A DNA stretch of 64,000 nucleotides from Octopus sinensis (lineage: Eukaryota), in NCBI RefSeq assembly GCF_006345805.1, contig NC_043003.1:63736001-63800000 (forward strand), written 5' to 3'. The notes beneath the pieces are model-generated. The model made no database searches and had not been told where the DNA came from. It worked only from the letters and a program-made list of their open reading frames with translations. The position numbers and the translations under genes were made by a program. Positions 11,688 to 24,419 of the stretch are shown piece after piece (the first letter of the stretch is position 1; every line of letters starts with the position of its first letter).

Positions 11688-12825
11688 TCGAATTCAAAAT
11701 TATGAAGACCCAACTGATAAATAATCCCACATACCCGCTTAATTTGTTTGCAAATATCGCTGTTCATCAGCATTCGGTATTTTAAATGAACAAATGAATG
11801 AACGTTCAACATGATTTTCACATTGTGACAGAACCACCCCAGAACCGAAGAGTGATGTTCTACTGACGAAATCAACAGCAAATTTTTTCAGCGTTATGTG
11901 TTAGCTCTGAGAAGCCGATCACTGGTTTCAATTCATCAAAACTTTATCGATGATCATCTGTCAATAGAAACGGTATGAGTTTTATCATAAATTATATATC
12001 GGAGCAGCAAAGTTTATCTTGTCCTTAATGAACCTGCCATAATATCCAACTTTTGAAATGAATGCTAATATTTCATTCGCAGTTTTTCGAATCGGTAAAT
12101 TTTTCGGAATAATCTTTTGTCAGATGCACTAATAATATGGCCAAGATAATCGATATTTTATGCGAAAAATAATCTTTTTTTTTTTTTACTTTGCTCTTAT
12201 TACTTTACTTCTTTTTTCTTTTTTTTTTACTTTATTAATTATTCAAATGTTCATCCGTCATCGTCCCACTGAAAATGATATCGTCTAGATTTGCGGGACA
12301 CAGCTTTATTCCGGATAGATTTTAATCGATAAAACATTGAAATATAGCAGGCGTATTGGCATTGAAGAATGGCGTCAATTGTACTTACTTGTAAAGAATC
12401 AAAAGCGTATTTATCTCAGTAATTTTATTGTTATTTTTCTGTCTAATCGATCTTTAAATATGCATCTTTTAAACTAATTACTTTGAAGTTGTTTTTTTTT
12501 GTTTTTTTCACACCCTCCAGTTTATGGAATGCCTCAAATCGAGGTTTTTGGCGACAATCTTTAATCTTTTCTTTAGACTTTAAAAATCGCTACCGAAGCG
12601 AACTTTTCTGTTCGACTCCCAAACAGCAACGATTGGCACAGCGCAATTATTGTAATCAATCGTTGACAATATAATGCTGAATACTTCACATTCTTGTCCT
12701 TTTTTTTTTTTTTATCAACTTGGGTTTTGAAAATGGTAATGGTCTAGTTATCCAGTAAATTGGTTCCGTATTTGGAGATAGTCAAATTATGGCCTGTATT
12801 TTTGTGCAACGGCCTAAGCCATATA

Positions 12826-12945
<120 letters not shown>

Positions 12946-13644
12946 AAACGTATTTAGCACGATTTTAATATTCAAATCATTGAACAATATTAATAATATT
13001 ATTGAGCATATAATATTACTGCAATGTATTAAATGCTTTTAACCATTTAATTTCGAATAAATATCAACCCATTTCAGAATCGATATTATAGCTTCTAAAT
13101 TGTGGCGTTTATATTTCAAATTTTAATATTTAATCGGCATTTTCCTTGAATTGGAATTTTTTATTACAATAAGCTTTTAATTTTATCGATACAGGCTTTA
13201 ATGGTGGATATCCGATAATTTTATATGTTTAAATCAAAGTTCCAGTTGTGCCGGTATCTAATTCAAATATAATCAATTTATTATTGATTTTTGCTAAAAT
13301 ATAATTTATTTCCGATGTCTTCATACAAACTTTTAATGTATACCGAATTAGCTTCAATATTTAATATATTTGATTCGTATATACCGCCGATAGAATTTTC
13401 ACGATGTTTGTCGTTTTTATAAATGGCTTGACGATTTTTAGCAAAGCTGAAATGCTTTGAAATACATTAAGACATTAATGCATTGTATTATAAATTCCCT
13501 AATGATTTCGGTTACTATTGATTTCATGAAAAACAGGGAGACCAACAGCAAATGTATTCGAGCCAGGCTTATAGGTTAATGGATTGTTGTATTTTTTTTT
13601 TTTTGTGGTTTTTATTTTTCATTTCTCTTTCATCTCTTTCGTTT

Positions 13645-14045
13645 CTTTCAGTCATAGGATCGGAAGAGTTTAGTCGAATAAATCAAACCCTTATTTTGTT
13701 TTTAAAGTCGTGTTACTTATTCAATCAGCTTCTTTTGCCGAACAGATAAGTTGCGGGGACATAAAAAGATCAACATCGGTTGTCAAGCAGCGCTGGGTGA
13801 CAGTCACAAACTCAAAAACACACACATGCATATATACATGTCTTTCTATATCTTTTTTTCTATTTCGGTTTAAGGACTGCGGCCATTCAGGGGCACTGTC
13901 TTGAATGGTTAGGCAATAAAAATCGAGTCCAGTACTTATTTTTTAAGTCTGATAACTTAGTCAATCAGTCTCTTTTACCGAACCGCAAATTTACAGGGGG
14001 CATAAATAAATCAACCCTGGTTGTCAAGCAGTGGGGGAGCATGAA
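13645..14045 (-). mobile_element. Two SINE family B right-arm fragments
   Basis: Reverse-complement matches to gttgtcaagc, ttttgccgaac, gactgcggccat. Confidence 0.6.
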
Positions 14046-14530
14046 GACAGACAGACACACACACACACACACACATATACACATACACACATGCACACGC
14101 ACACGCACACATACATACACACGCACACGCACACATACACACACACACGCACACATATAATATAAGTGAGTAGCAAAAAGGTTCAGGTGGCAATCCATTA
14201 CGGCCGTTTCCAACGACTCCTTTAACTGATTAATGAAAACATATCATTGTAAAGAAACCGTTTTCGTCAGAGGAATTCATGAGCTTCAAGCATAGAGGAC
14301 AATTCGACTCATTTCCCATAGTTACAAATTCACAGAGGAAAAACCTATTTACAATGATTCTACTACTATTCAGTTGGCAGAATGAACTTACCAGAATAGT
14401 GAATATTTGGTCAGAATAAAGAAAACAAAGGGCCTAGCAGAGCTTATAGTAGGGGGAAGAAGTAATTGACTCAAGTGACCCAGTTATCTATACTTCTAGC
14501 AATAGAAGGATTAGCTCCAATCGTCTAGAT

Positions 14531-14948
14531 CAGTGGTTCCCAAACTTTTTGGGGCTACCGCCCCCTTGACATTCAGGTCACGTTCCTAACGCCCCTCTCC
14601 AACTAATCATCACAAACACAGACCTCTTTCTGAAGCAATGTAGCTAACCAATATATATTTCTTTACTGCCCACAAGGGGCTAAACATAGAGGAGACAAAC
14701 AAGGACAGACAAAGGGATTAAGTCGATTACATCGATCCCAGTGTGTAGCTGGTACTTAATTTATCGACCCCATTATCTTGTTTTTACATGAAGCACTACT
14801 CCATTATCACCTCACTTTTTACATGAATCGCTACCCCTTTATCGCCCAACTATTTTACACGAGTCCCTACCGCATTATCAACCCACTTTTCTTCAATGCC
14901 CCCTTGGAACCTTCCTCCGACCCCAGTTCTCCACTTTGAGAACCCCTA
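14531..14948. mobile_element. hAT (Charlie-type) MITE with 8-bp TSD GTCTAGAT
   Basis: Ends cagtggttcccaaa / tttgagaaccccta; GTCTAGAT at 14523-14530 and 14949-14956 matches the NTCTAGAN target of the Charlie group. Confidence 0.88.
14652..14772 (-). mobile_element. 5'-truncated SINE family A nested in the hAT MITE
   Basis: Tail tatatttctttactgcccacaaggggctaaac through core ttatcgacccc. Confidence 0.8.
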
Positions 14949-15139
14949 GTCTAGATTTATATATTAAGAAAGTTGCTTATCTCTATTGGTCAGTGGTGAG
15001 AAAAGTAATTAATGTCAGGTCAGCCTGCTAAGTTATCATATGTGATGGAGCGAGACCTCGGCCTTATCTTCGCAAATGGACCAGGCGCAGAGTAGTAATA
15101 AGGGAGTGAGTGAGGGGGAAGGGATGACAATGAGAAAAA

Positions 15140-15300
15140 TGAGATAAAGGGCTTCCACACAGTTTTTGTCACCCTAATTCACTCACGAGGCATTGGTCGG
15201 CCCGGTGCTACAGTAGATGACACTTGTTCAATGTGTCATACAGTGGGACTGAACCCAAAAGGACGAGGCCGCAAAGAAAGCTTCTAACCACACAGCCATC
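15140..15300 (-). mobile_element. SINE family B head/left arm
   Basis: cagtgggactgaaccc..aagcttctaaccacacagcc is the reverse complement of the family head. Confidence 0.65.
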
Positions 15301-15734
15301 AGCCATTCCTTAACCAAGAAATTGCAGAAATGTAGAAAACATCTTCCTTTTGTCTATTTTGACTTCTGCGTGAGATTTTGACAGTATAGGACTTCGCTTT
15401 GACGAAAATTTTAACCTGTCTTGGAGGCCTTAGAAAAAGAAGTTGGCACCGGCATTTCTTTTCATCAGACTAAACCATATGAGATTAGGTGAAAGAAAGG
15501 AAGAGAGAGAGAGAGGGAGAGGGGCAGAGAGAGGGGGAAAGAGAGAAAAGGAGAGAACCAAAACAGTGTTTATGGACAGATGTTATATTTTAAAGTGTCT
15601 ATTTCGGCTTCTCTCTCTCTCTGTCTATGTATCTATCTATTTATCTATCTTTCTCTTCTCTCTCACCCTGTCTCTCTCTTTCTCTTCTCTTCACTCTCCT
15701 TTTCTCTCTCTCTCTCTTTCTCTTTTCTTCTCTT

Positions 15735-15770
<36 letters not shown>

Positions 15771-15869
15771 CTCTGTCTCTGAGTTTGAATCTTCGTTCTT
15801 ACAATTCATAGATTAACAACTTGTAGCGTAATTCCATTTACTGCTTCTAAAACTGTTATTTCAGTGACC

Positions 15870-16700
15870 TCTTTTCTTCAGAGCTATCTGCTCGAATGCG
15901 ACATCCATTCAATCCTTCCGCAATTCTTCTCCCTTGGTCACCATGGTCACTCATATTGTGTCTCTAGATAAATCTGCATCCCCGTTCCTTCTATCCTCCA
16001 AATGTCAGCATTCGAGAATTTACCCATGACAAGCGCATGTATTCTTCCTGTAGAAAGACGAACGAAGCCAGTCGCTGAGTAAATTGTTTGAGGTGATCAT
16101 GGCTGCGCGACGGCCACGCGCACACACTTGGCTAGAAACTTTTCCACTGCGGCTTAAGAATTGAGACGTGCAGTCTTGTTGAGGCTGGTTGCAGCGAGCT
16201 GCCAGTGTCTATCCGCATTTGTCATGCCTGCCCGCCAGGCGTTGCCCTCTTCCGCCGGAGTCACTCCATGGGGGTTTGAGATTACCCTTCTCTGCTTGCT
16301 TCGCCGTTGGGGCCTAGATGTTGGTGTTTGGTCGTGTTTAGTCTGAGATCTCATCCTCGACCTTGCCGCCATGGGTAGCCCTTCCAGGAGTCTAGGGCTC
16401 CAGGCGGCGTCACTCTCGGAGTCATTGGGACACACAAGCTCTTCCACCACGGTAAGGGACGACCATCGGAAGAGCCAGCTCCTTCGAGCAGAATGAGGAG
16501 GTAAAACGCAGAAGAAAGGAGTCTTCAACATCCTCGATCCACATCGACCATCCTGTGTGAATTCTGTCCACGACTCTTTCACTCTTTCACCACCGACTTG
16601 GACTCTAAAGTCACATTCGGCACAAGCACATCTGCCGAGGAGACTGGATGGAGACTAACGAACCCAATGCTCAGATACGAACTGGAGCCGACGATTCTTC
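15870..16700. mobile_element. GC-richer degraded retroelement-like fragment, family not assigned
   Basis: Composition contrasts with the flanks and a 142-aa S/P/R-rich ORF lies at 16154-16582; I recognise no diagnostic motif. Confidence 0.3.
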
Positions 16701-17444
16701 CTGTACATGTCAGTTTCTAGCTTTTCAAACATGCCAGCCCCGTTGATCTTACCGGTTTCGTATGTCCTACCAAAACCATGAGTACAGATCCTTTCGAATC
16801 AAACCATTAATTTCTAGCATCCCTGAACAACTGGCCTTACACTCTAATTCATACCTTATTGAAAATGCCTAATAAAACAAACTTCCAATAATTTTGTTCA
16901 ATAATTCTGGAGCCCAAATTGCATCAAATTTTCTTTGGCATCAGCGATCTTAATTTGTTACAAATTATACATTTAAAACACTCTTTAGCCATATATCTGT
17001 TTTCTTCTGCTTGGTTTGGTTTTAGTGAGCAGATTTACAGAGGGGAAAGTCCACGTTTGTTTCAGGCTTGTTGATGTCCGACAAGTTCGATTCGGAACAG
17101 ACAGTTACGAACGCAAACGTGGTAGGCTGGTGTAGGTTGGTCGTAGTGTTTTTGTTTTTCCTCCTTTTCTCTTGTCTGCAAATATGGACCTGCGGATATC
17201 TTCAGAGTAGGCTGTTCCAGTGGAGGTAGGGAGATGCCGGGCTTCATGGTGGCCGGTAAGTACAGACCACTGGTGGTGAGTAATGTAGCAGATGCTGAAA
17301 GATTTCTTTAGGGAGTTTTAGTACCTCTTCTTTGATGCTCCTTTAAATACATTCTAGTTTACTATATAAAGTATCACACTGGTTTATAATATTCTGTTCC
17401 GCCGGAATTATCGGGAATTAAAACTAATCGATTTAAACCACAGA

Positions 17445-17613
17445 AGTCACCGGTGAATCCCATGTTATATTAAAAATATAGCGTGGTGAGTCACTGGTGA
17501 CTCCCATATTACGTTAAGAATATAGCGCAATGAGTCACTGGTGATTTTTGTTCTATATTAAGAACATATCGTAGGGAAGTCACCGGTGACTTCCATGGTA
17601 GGTAAAGTGTTAA
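17445..17613. repeat. 44/45-bp tandem array of palindromic AGTCAC(C/T)GGTGA motifs near a TTAA-type transposon end
   Basis: Motifs start at 17445, 17489, 17533 and 17578, followed by ggtaggtaaagtgTTAA. Confidence 0.75.
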
Positions 17614-18329
17614 GAAATTATTTAAAAAAACAGAATTAGACTACTGACATCATGACTAATAAACACAAGAGAAAAAGCATGAGATATTGAACACGTGATT
17701 TTTAAATTATAAAATGAAACATTTATTTTGGCTGCAGGAAGGAAGTATTAAACCAATTAAAATAGTAAAGAATTCAGGAACAAGTTCATTAAAATTCAAC
17801 AAAAACGAAAAAAAAAAGAGTAAATAAATAAACAATAATTTGGTCGTATGTTAACACAGTATTAAAGATTTATATAAATTAACATTTTGACTTAATTGAA
17901 GTAACATATTTAAATGCGTTTGAATACTAATGTTGGAATTATTTTCTCACAAGACGTCTACGCTCTATAATGAAGAGTTTATAATAACATTGACGTTTCT
18001 AGTAAAAGAAATCAATTATTTCTAAAAATTCGGTTCGCAACATTTTCTCGTCTGTCAGCATCGATATCGACTGATATCCGCTGACAAAAAGATTGAGATG
18101 TTTAATAAAAAAAAAAAAAATGGCAATTTATTTTTATTTATTTATTTGTTTTTCTTTTTTTTCTTGTCGAAACCAAGATAAAATAAGTCTTTAACCTTAA
18201 TAATCTTATAATCTTAGAGTGACAGCGATACAATCAACAGATTGTTTGAGCAGGAAATATTTAAACTATAAATAGAGGAGTTGCATGTCGGAAATATAAC
18301 TGGGACAGCTAACATGTTCCGTTCCCAGA

Positions 18330-18735
18330 TACAGCTTACGGGTGCTCTGGGACGCATCATCAATGATGTTTCTGGGATCTCGGAGTAGGAAGAACGGTTT
18401 CGGGTCTTTCAATATCAAATCCGTCGACCCGCCCAATCGACCCAGTCGGAGTTTACCAGATCCCAGTTTGCATTCCATTATCAGCAAACCAATGGTTTAC
18501 CCTCTATCCAAAGTCACCTAGTGACCTATTCTGCAGCCTCAGTAATAGAATTTAGGCCCCCTTCCTTTTTGCTATACTAGTGACTTCAAGCTCAGTCAGA
18601 GCTTTTCAAAATGAACGCCCCACAAAACCCTGCCAGCCTTCGTTTCTGCACTGCTTCACCAGCTTCTGGTATCTGGCAGACTTCCTCTCACGAACCTCCT
18701 CTATGTATTCTTCCCAGGGCATAATCAATTAATTG
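18330..18735 (-). mobile_element. HERO-like RLE non-LTR retrotransposon, 3' end (pseudogenised) plus 3' UTR
   Basis: Manual translation PWEEYIEEVRERKSARYQKLVKQCRNEGW..GFVGRSF*KALTEL..NSITEAAE*VTR*LWIEG resembles the RLE C-terminus of HERO-type elements as I recall it. Confidence 0.7.
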
Positions 18736-19082
18736 GTGCTCAGATATCTCTGAAATTCTTTGGCTCATCAGTGCTTGTGAAAGATGTTCTGCTGGAATAT
18801 TCATGGTTTCGGCTAATTTCTGATTTGTCTCACCGAAAAGAGACAACAGTCTATCAAAAGTTTTGGGCATTAAAGTATATGAATTCAGCCCTGAAAGCTT
18901 TTGAAATGTACAGCACTTTCACATTGCTTAGCCTGTCTATTTTTCCATGTTACATACTATATGAATCGGCAGAGAAAACTGTAAATAAATCAGCAGACGA
19001 CAACAGAAAAACCAAGTTGTATCTTTCTTAAGACAAATTATGGATCTGAGGAAGTCCGTAATTGCGTTCTGAAGGCACGGCA

Positions 19083-19127
<45 letters not shown>

Positions 19128-19639
19128 ATGCACTTTTTCACTGCTTTATCTTGTCTAACCCTTTTTATTGCATAATTTGTCGCATTGAGGCTTCATGAAG
19201 AAATTTGGTGAAACCCCACTAGTGTTTGTGTAACAGATACACAAACAGCACATAAATGTTTAATTAGTTAGAGAACGCCAATTCATTCTTTAAAAATGTT
19301 AAAATAACGAACGGATGCCAGTTTTTTGGTTGCTGAAAACGAGTCGAATATGACAGCTGTTGAGAAGGATATTTATAAAACAGTTGAGCTATAGAAATGA
19401 TTTCCCCAACTCTGAAATAAACCGACTCCTGTTAAGTCAGTTCAGTTTCAGTTTCAGATTAAAATGTTATGTTGTTGTGGTGGAGTTTCTACCTCCAAAA
19501 AGATCTGTTTTTAAACTTAGTATTTGATCAATATTTATTCTCGAGCCCTGTGACTCATCAGGCCCGTTCCCCAGTGTATTGGCGATCGAGGTCACAAAAT
19601 TCACCCTGAACGAGACACTGCTTCGTTGCAAGGCTCAAG

Positions 19640-19825
19640 CCCTGTAGTTTTGAGGGAATGAGAAAAGACAGTTACTTCGACCCTGGTACTTTATCCTATC
19701 CACCACGAAGGGGTGAAAGGTAAATTTGACTTCAGTGGGATTTGAAATCAGAATGCAAAGAGCCGGAAGAGATCTGCAAAGCATTTTGTCTGACGTGCAA
19801 ATGATTCAGCTAGTTTGCCACTTAT
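19640..19825 (-). mobile_element. Old SINE family A copy
   Basis: Diverged core gtgaaaggtaaatttgacttcagtgggatttgaaatcagaa plus head. Confidence 0.6.
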
Positions 19826-20109
19826 TTGGTCCATATACCAAGGTTAAAAAAAAAGAGAAAAAAAGATAGGAGGAAAAGAAAAGAAAAGAGTTGCCTATAT
19901 CTGGCGGTAACGTTGTCCAACGATTTTCCAAATAATAAGGAAAAGAAAATAACTGAAAATAAAACGCATACCGAATTTGATGAGCACTAGACCTAGACTA
20001 TCAGAATATGTAGGTTAACTCTTGAGAATAAGGAAACAACGTGTTGGATCTGATCTAAGCTTGAGTTAGATTGGATATATTGGTAAAGTCACATGACGAT
20101 TGATCCACG

Positions 20110-20720
20110 TCAAATATCTGTGATGACGGTATTGATTTGAACTGAGCACACTTGTTCTGTATTAGTTTTGCTGAAACATATAGCTGAAATATTACTGTTC
20201 GAAAAATCGATGGACGAAAGCAACATCTTTCCTCCTGATACGAACCGTCCCAATATAATGCATCCCAGGATCCACCATTGATCTAACACCGGTGGGATGC
20301 TCGGTATTGTCATCTTTACTCTATTTTCTCCCAGGTAATCTGGGGAAGACAACGAAGACATCGCTGCATCGGGCTACCACCGAGTGATATACTGTAAGGG
20401 ATCCAGTTTTAAATAGAACTTCGACTCGGCCGAACTGTTTTGCCCTAAATATATGTTGTATGTCCTGACATATATCGCAAACGGTCCTTTCCACTTGTAC
20501 TTTGGTTGCAGTGTCCAGGCGACGATTTTCTAATGACAAACAGCGATATATAACATTCTTTCTTGTAGTTTCATCAAGAGTTTCGAGAAGGAACGCAAGA
20601 TTCAACACGTCTACCTTCAATTTTTATAAATCTAACCACGTCCTCCAATTTTTCCCTCTTTTCTTCTAAGGAGAGACAATATAGTACCCTTGTGAATGCT
20701 ATTCTAATGACAGAAGCCTT
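20110..20720 (-). mobile_element. Degraded LINE ORF1-like fragment, possibly Tx1/L1 clade
   Basis: Overlapping frameshifted ORFs (KVDVLNLAFLLETLDETTRKNVIYRCLS...; PDYLGENRVKMTIPSIPP) with protein-like composition; clade assignment is from memory. Confidence 0.4.
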
Positions 20721-20939
20721 GTTGTTGTTGCTGCTGTTGTTGTTGTTAAGCAACAAGACAGGTAAGGGTGATTAGGTGATGGTCTAGGGCTTAGGGGCGG
20801 GAGACCCCAGACCTTGTAAAAAAACACTTTGGTCGTCTTGTTGTAGTCGATGGCTCTTCGTTGACGCCCTACACCACTGGGAGATGGCCCTCGAAGTCGC
20901 TGGAAATGGAGATCTCCAGGTCCAAAATCTTGAACGGCT

Positions 20940-21230
20940 GCTGTTGCTGTTGTTGTTCTTGCTGTCAGTGTTATTGTTTTGTGTTCTGGCGTTTTATTAC
21001 TTTCGTCGCTGCTATTATTGTGTTGTTGTTGTTGCTGCTGTTGTTGCTATTACTACGAGCGTTATTACTGCTGTCGCTGCTCTTCCAGCTGTCACTGCTG
21101 CTGCTTCTGCTACTGCTACTGCCCTTTTGGCCGTTGTTGCCCTTGCTGCTTTACGGTTGTTTCTTTTGTTAATACTGTTGTTGCTACTGCTGCTGTTGTT
21201 GTTGTTGCTGTTGACGGTATAGCTCTCACG
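20940..21230. repeat. Degenerate (GTT/GCT)n tract
   Basis: Triplet-rich low complexity; source of the poly-L/C/V ORFs. Confidence 0.85.
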
Positions 21231-21611
21231 TTTGTCAATCAGGTTGTCGCTTGCTCCGTCAATACGACCGTCCGAGCTCTCATTCAAGCTGCTGATGTTT
21301 CAGTTGAGGGAAGAGTAATCGCTGCTGCTCACTGTTATCTCCAGAGGAATCATTCGTCTTCCTTTCACTTCACACAGTTTAGTGGACGCATGTTTCGGTT
21401 TTAAACAAGAGCAAATTTACGATTTGGTGAAGCTTTTGTTTCATAATACTTAAAAAGGTGACCCTTGTGGGTCGCATTTGCTGTACCCCTCTTCACAAAG
21501 AAAAATAGGGATTCTCACTTAAAGAAGTGTCTAAAACGGTTTCAAGAAAATAACGTACTTCCAACAAAAACAACTAACCTTTTAGGAGCCAAAGCAAAAT
21601 ATATGCAATGC

Positions 21612-21675
<64 letters not shown>

Positions 21676-21899
21676 AAGAGAAGAAGAAGAAGAAGAAGAA
21701 TGTAGAGGGACATTACAAGGACAAATTACGAATTTGTGCAGGGTTTGCAAAAGAAGATTAGGTGAAAAAAGAGAAAGAAAGGTAAAATGAGATAAAAATT
21801 AAACATCGTATACGTACAATATTCTCGTGAAAAAATGGATGACGCAGCCCACCTCATACAGGAGAGTCCTTAACTAGGGATAATCAAGAGACCCCACAG

Positions 21900-22220
21900 A
21901 TCCAGGATCTTTCTAACCGCCAAAGGCAGGAGCCCTCACTTGAAAATCTTGATGAGTGCTTGACCGAAGAAGAAGATGTCTATCCTAGATCCTTTCGGTA
22001 ACGTCAATTGTGCAACTTTTGTCATAGACACTAGAAAGAAGAACACTGGCTGTCCCACCTTGTTGAACTCTGCCGTTAACCAAATTAGTCCTTCATGCGA
22101 CAACAGTTGTTTGACATAACTCCATAAATAGATAATGCTGACATCACACGTCTGGTCGCAGTGCGGTCTCGTTACTTCTAACTCATCTCGGACAGTTCCA
22201 CCTAGTGGCGCTTCCATATC
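21900..22220 (-). mobile_element. Tx1/L1-like ORF2 C-terminal remnant
   Basis: ORF 21936-22217 (..RPHCDQTC..LWSYVKQLLS..VFFFLVSMTKV..KG..GQALIKIFK) resembles the post-zinc-knuckle region of Tx1-like ORF2. Confidence 0.45.
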
Positions 22221-22411
22221 TATAGGGCTTATCTCAAACTGGTAAAAATCATAGGTAGCACTGCCAGCGAAAGATCTATGGTGGCTATCCTTTGTAGTTT
22301 ACATTCCCCCAAATTCCTCAAACAGACCATTTAGTTCATCGTCAACGCCAGACGTTTTGCCGAACAACAACAAAAACAATAATAATAATAATATAATAAT
22401 AATAATAATAA

Positions 22412-22934
22412 GCTCTCATGGCTTCTGATATTAACTGATTGGAAGTGTTATCATGTACATTGTTTTGTCTTGGTATAAAAGATGGGCTACAGCAAATATT
22501 CTGCTCAATACCACAGATTTGCTTGTCAGTTGTTTGCCCTTAACCAGTTGAGCATGTCCCTTAGTAGCTGACGATATGTGCATCTCTGATCATTAGCAGA
22601 AGTAGTGGGGCTGCATCATAGCCATGTGTTGAGAGGAATTCTTTGGGATTTTAATAATTCCCCTCTGGAAACATGGGTGTTTCGGTCAACATTTTTAAAC
22701 AACCCTTATTCAAGGACCTTTTGAGCGGGATGGGCTACTTGACCTGAAGAAAGTTCTAACTGAACCCCACCTGCAAGGTCATGCGCTGTCTATCTTGATC
22801 ACCATGTCGCGCACATATGGTTGTGATGCATGTGCCTGGTGTACCCATATCAGACGAGTAGTCATGATGGATATACTGGGCTTCGTATATTTTACCCCAG
22901 TATCACTTTGATGGCATACACTGCTCTTTCACTC
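22412..22934 (+). mobile_element. 5'-truncated copy of the 5S-derived SINE body, flanked by (AAT)n on both sides
   Basis: Colinear, high similarity to 42680-43200 (gctctcatggcttc...gcactgctct.tcactc). Confidence 0.88.
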
Positions 22935-23061
22935 AATAATAATAATAATAATAATAATAATGATGATGATGACGATTATGATGATGACAATTATGATTTC
23001 TGCCTCTCATACAAGTTCCCTCACAAAGATGGAACTTGTGAGGGAACATAGGCCATTAAGA

Positions 23062-23640
23062 GTTGTATGGAATGCTGAAATTATCATCCTTTGGAATTTC
23101 AGTGTTTAGACTGATCGGAAAATTCAGGTTAACTGATAAAATATCACTGTGAAAAATAATGTTGAAAAGTCATGTCTTCTAATGGATGCTGCTGTCCCAC
23201 TGGCCAAAAATCCATCTCTGAAAACGTTTGAGAATATGAGAAGCTGTAAGTAATTGAGACTGAAATCAGAAGAATGTGGTATCTCAAAATAACAACACTA
23301 CCCATCGTTACTGGAATACTTGGAATGATATCAAAAAGAGCAAATAAATATGTCGACCAAATTCCTGGCAGCCCAAGAATAAGTGAATTGCAAAAGATCA
23401 TACTTATGAGTACCTCACAAAGTTTACGTAAATTCCTCTCCATGTAAATACAGTGTTATCCATTCGGCTTTCTAGCAAATTTTATAAAATGTAATTTTTA
23501 TAACACTCTGACATCAGTTTTTTCAAATACATGGTTTAATCACCTACTTGCATCGTTAGATGAAAAAAACCTTGTTGTCCCATCATGTCTTAAGTTGAGA
23601 CTTGGATGCAGCCTGAATAAATTATAGCACATGCAACAAC
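23062..23640 (+). mobile_element. R4/Dong-like RLE retrotransposon 3' fragment
   Basis: Translation ILWNFSV*TDRKIQVN..CLLMDAAVP.. then frameshifted EIRRMWYLKITTLPIVTGILGMI..IPGSP..ELQKIILMSTSQSLRKFLSM*. Confidence 0.85.
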
Positions 23641-24419
23641 AACAAATAATATGAATAATAATAACACCGGAGACGTTTAACATGTGAGAGCGAAAAAACA
23701 CTGATCCGAAATCTATCCAAAGAAATCGGGAATAAAGACAACAAATGGAGCCTAAAATAAATGACAGAGTGTTGGACTATATCCAAGTAACTAATACTCA
23801 TTAAAATAGTTTTCTGCTTTTCGAATGAAACGGTGTATTTTAACTATGTATTACCTCTGTCATTCGCATAACACGTGTAAACACGCTCGCCACACTGACA
23901 AGGCGCTGGACTACGCTTGAGCAAGTTAAAAGTGTTGGGCTATATCCGACTACGTGCATATTGGACTATATCCGATTAAGTACACTTCACAAACACGTAA
24001 GTAATAAACTAATTAATTACGTATACACCCCAGTTTTACATTAACACATTTTAATATTTCGAAATAACATTAAGTAAAGTATAAACAAGCGCGCGCACAC
24101 ACATAAGCGAATTGGATAAAAACAAACGACGAAGAATAGTCATTATTGATCACAAAAGCATTAAACAGATATACATGTATACACACCCGCCACGGCATTA
24201 CACAAATATATACCCCGCATGGAAAAAATAAGGGTGGATATTAGATTTTGTCTATTTTTTTGTCTCATTTGACAGCATTTATTTGTTTGTAATTATAGAA
24301 GCGAAAGTGTTAATGACGATTAGCCAAAGCTCATGTCGGATCAGAAGAAATATTAACAGTGACATGTAGTAAAAATGAAAACAATAATAATATCAGTGAT
24401 GATAATAATTATAATAATA

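Noticed and set aside
18688-18870. 60-aa ORF as a host exon
   Set aside because: Its 3' part overlaps the HERO-like RLE remnant in another frame, and no splice sites support it.
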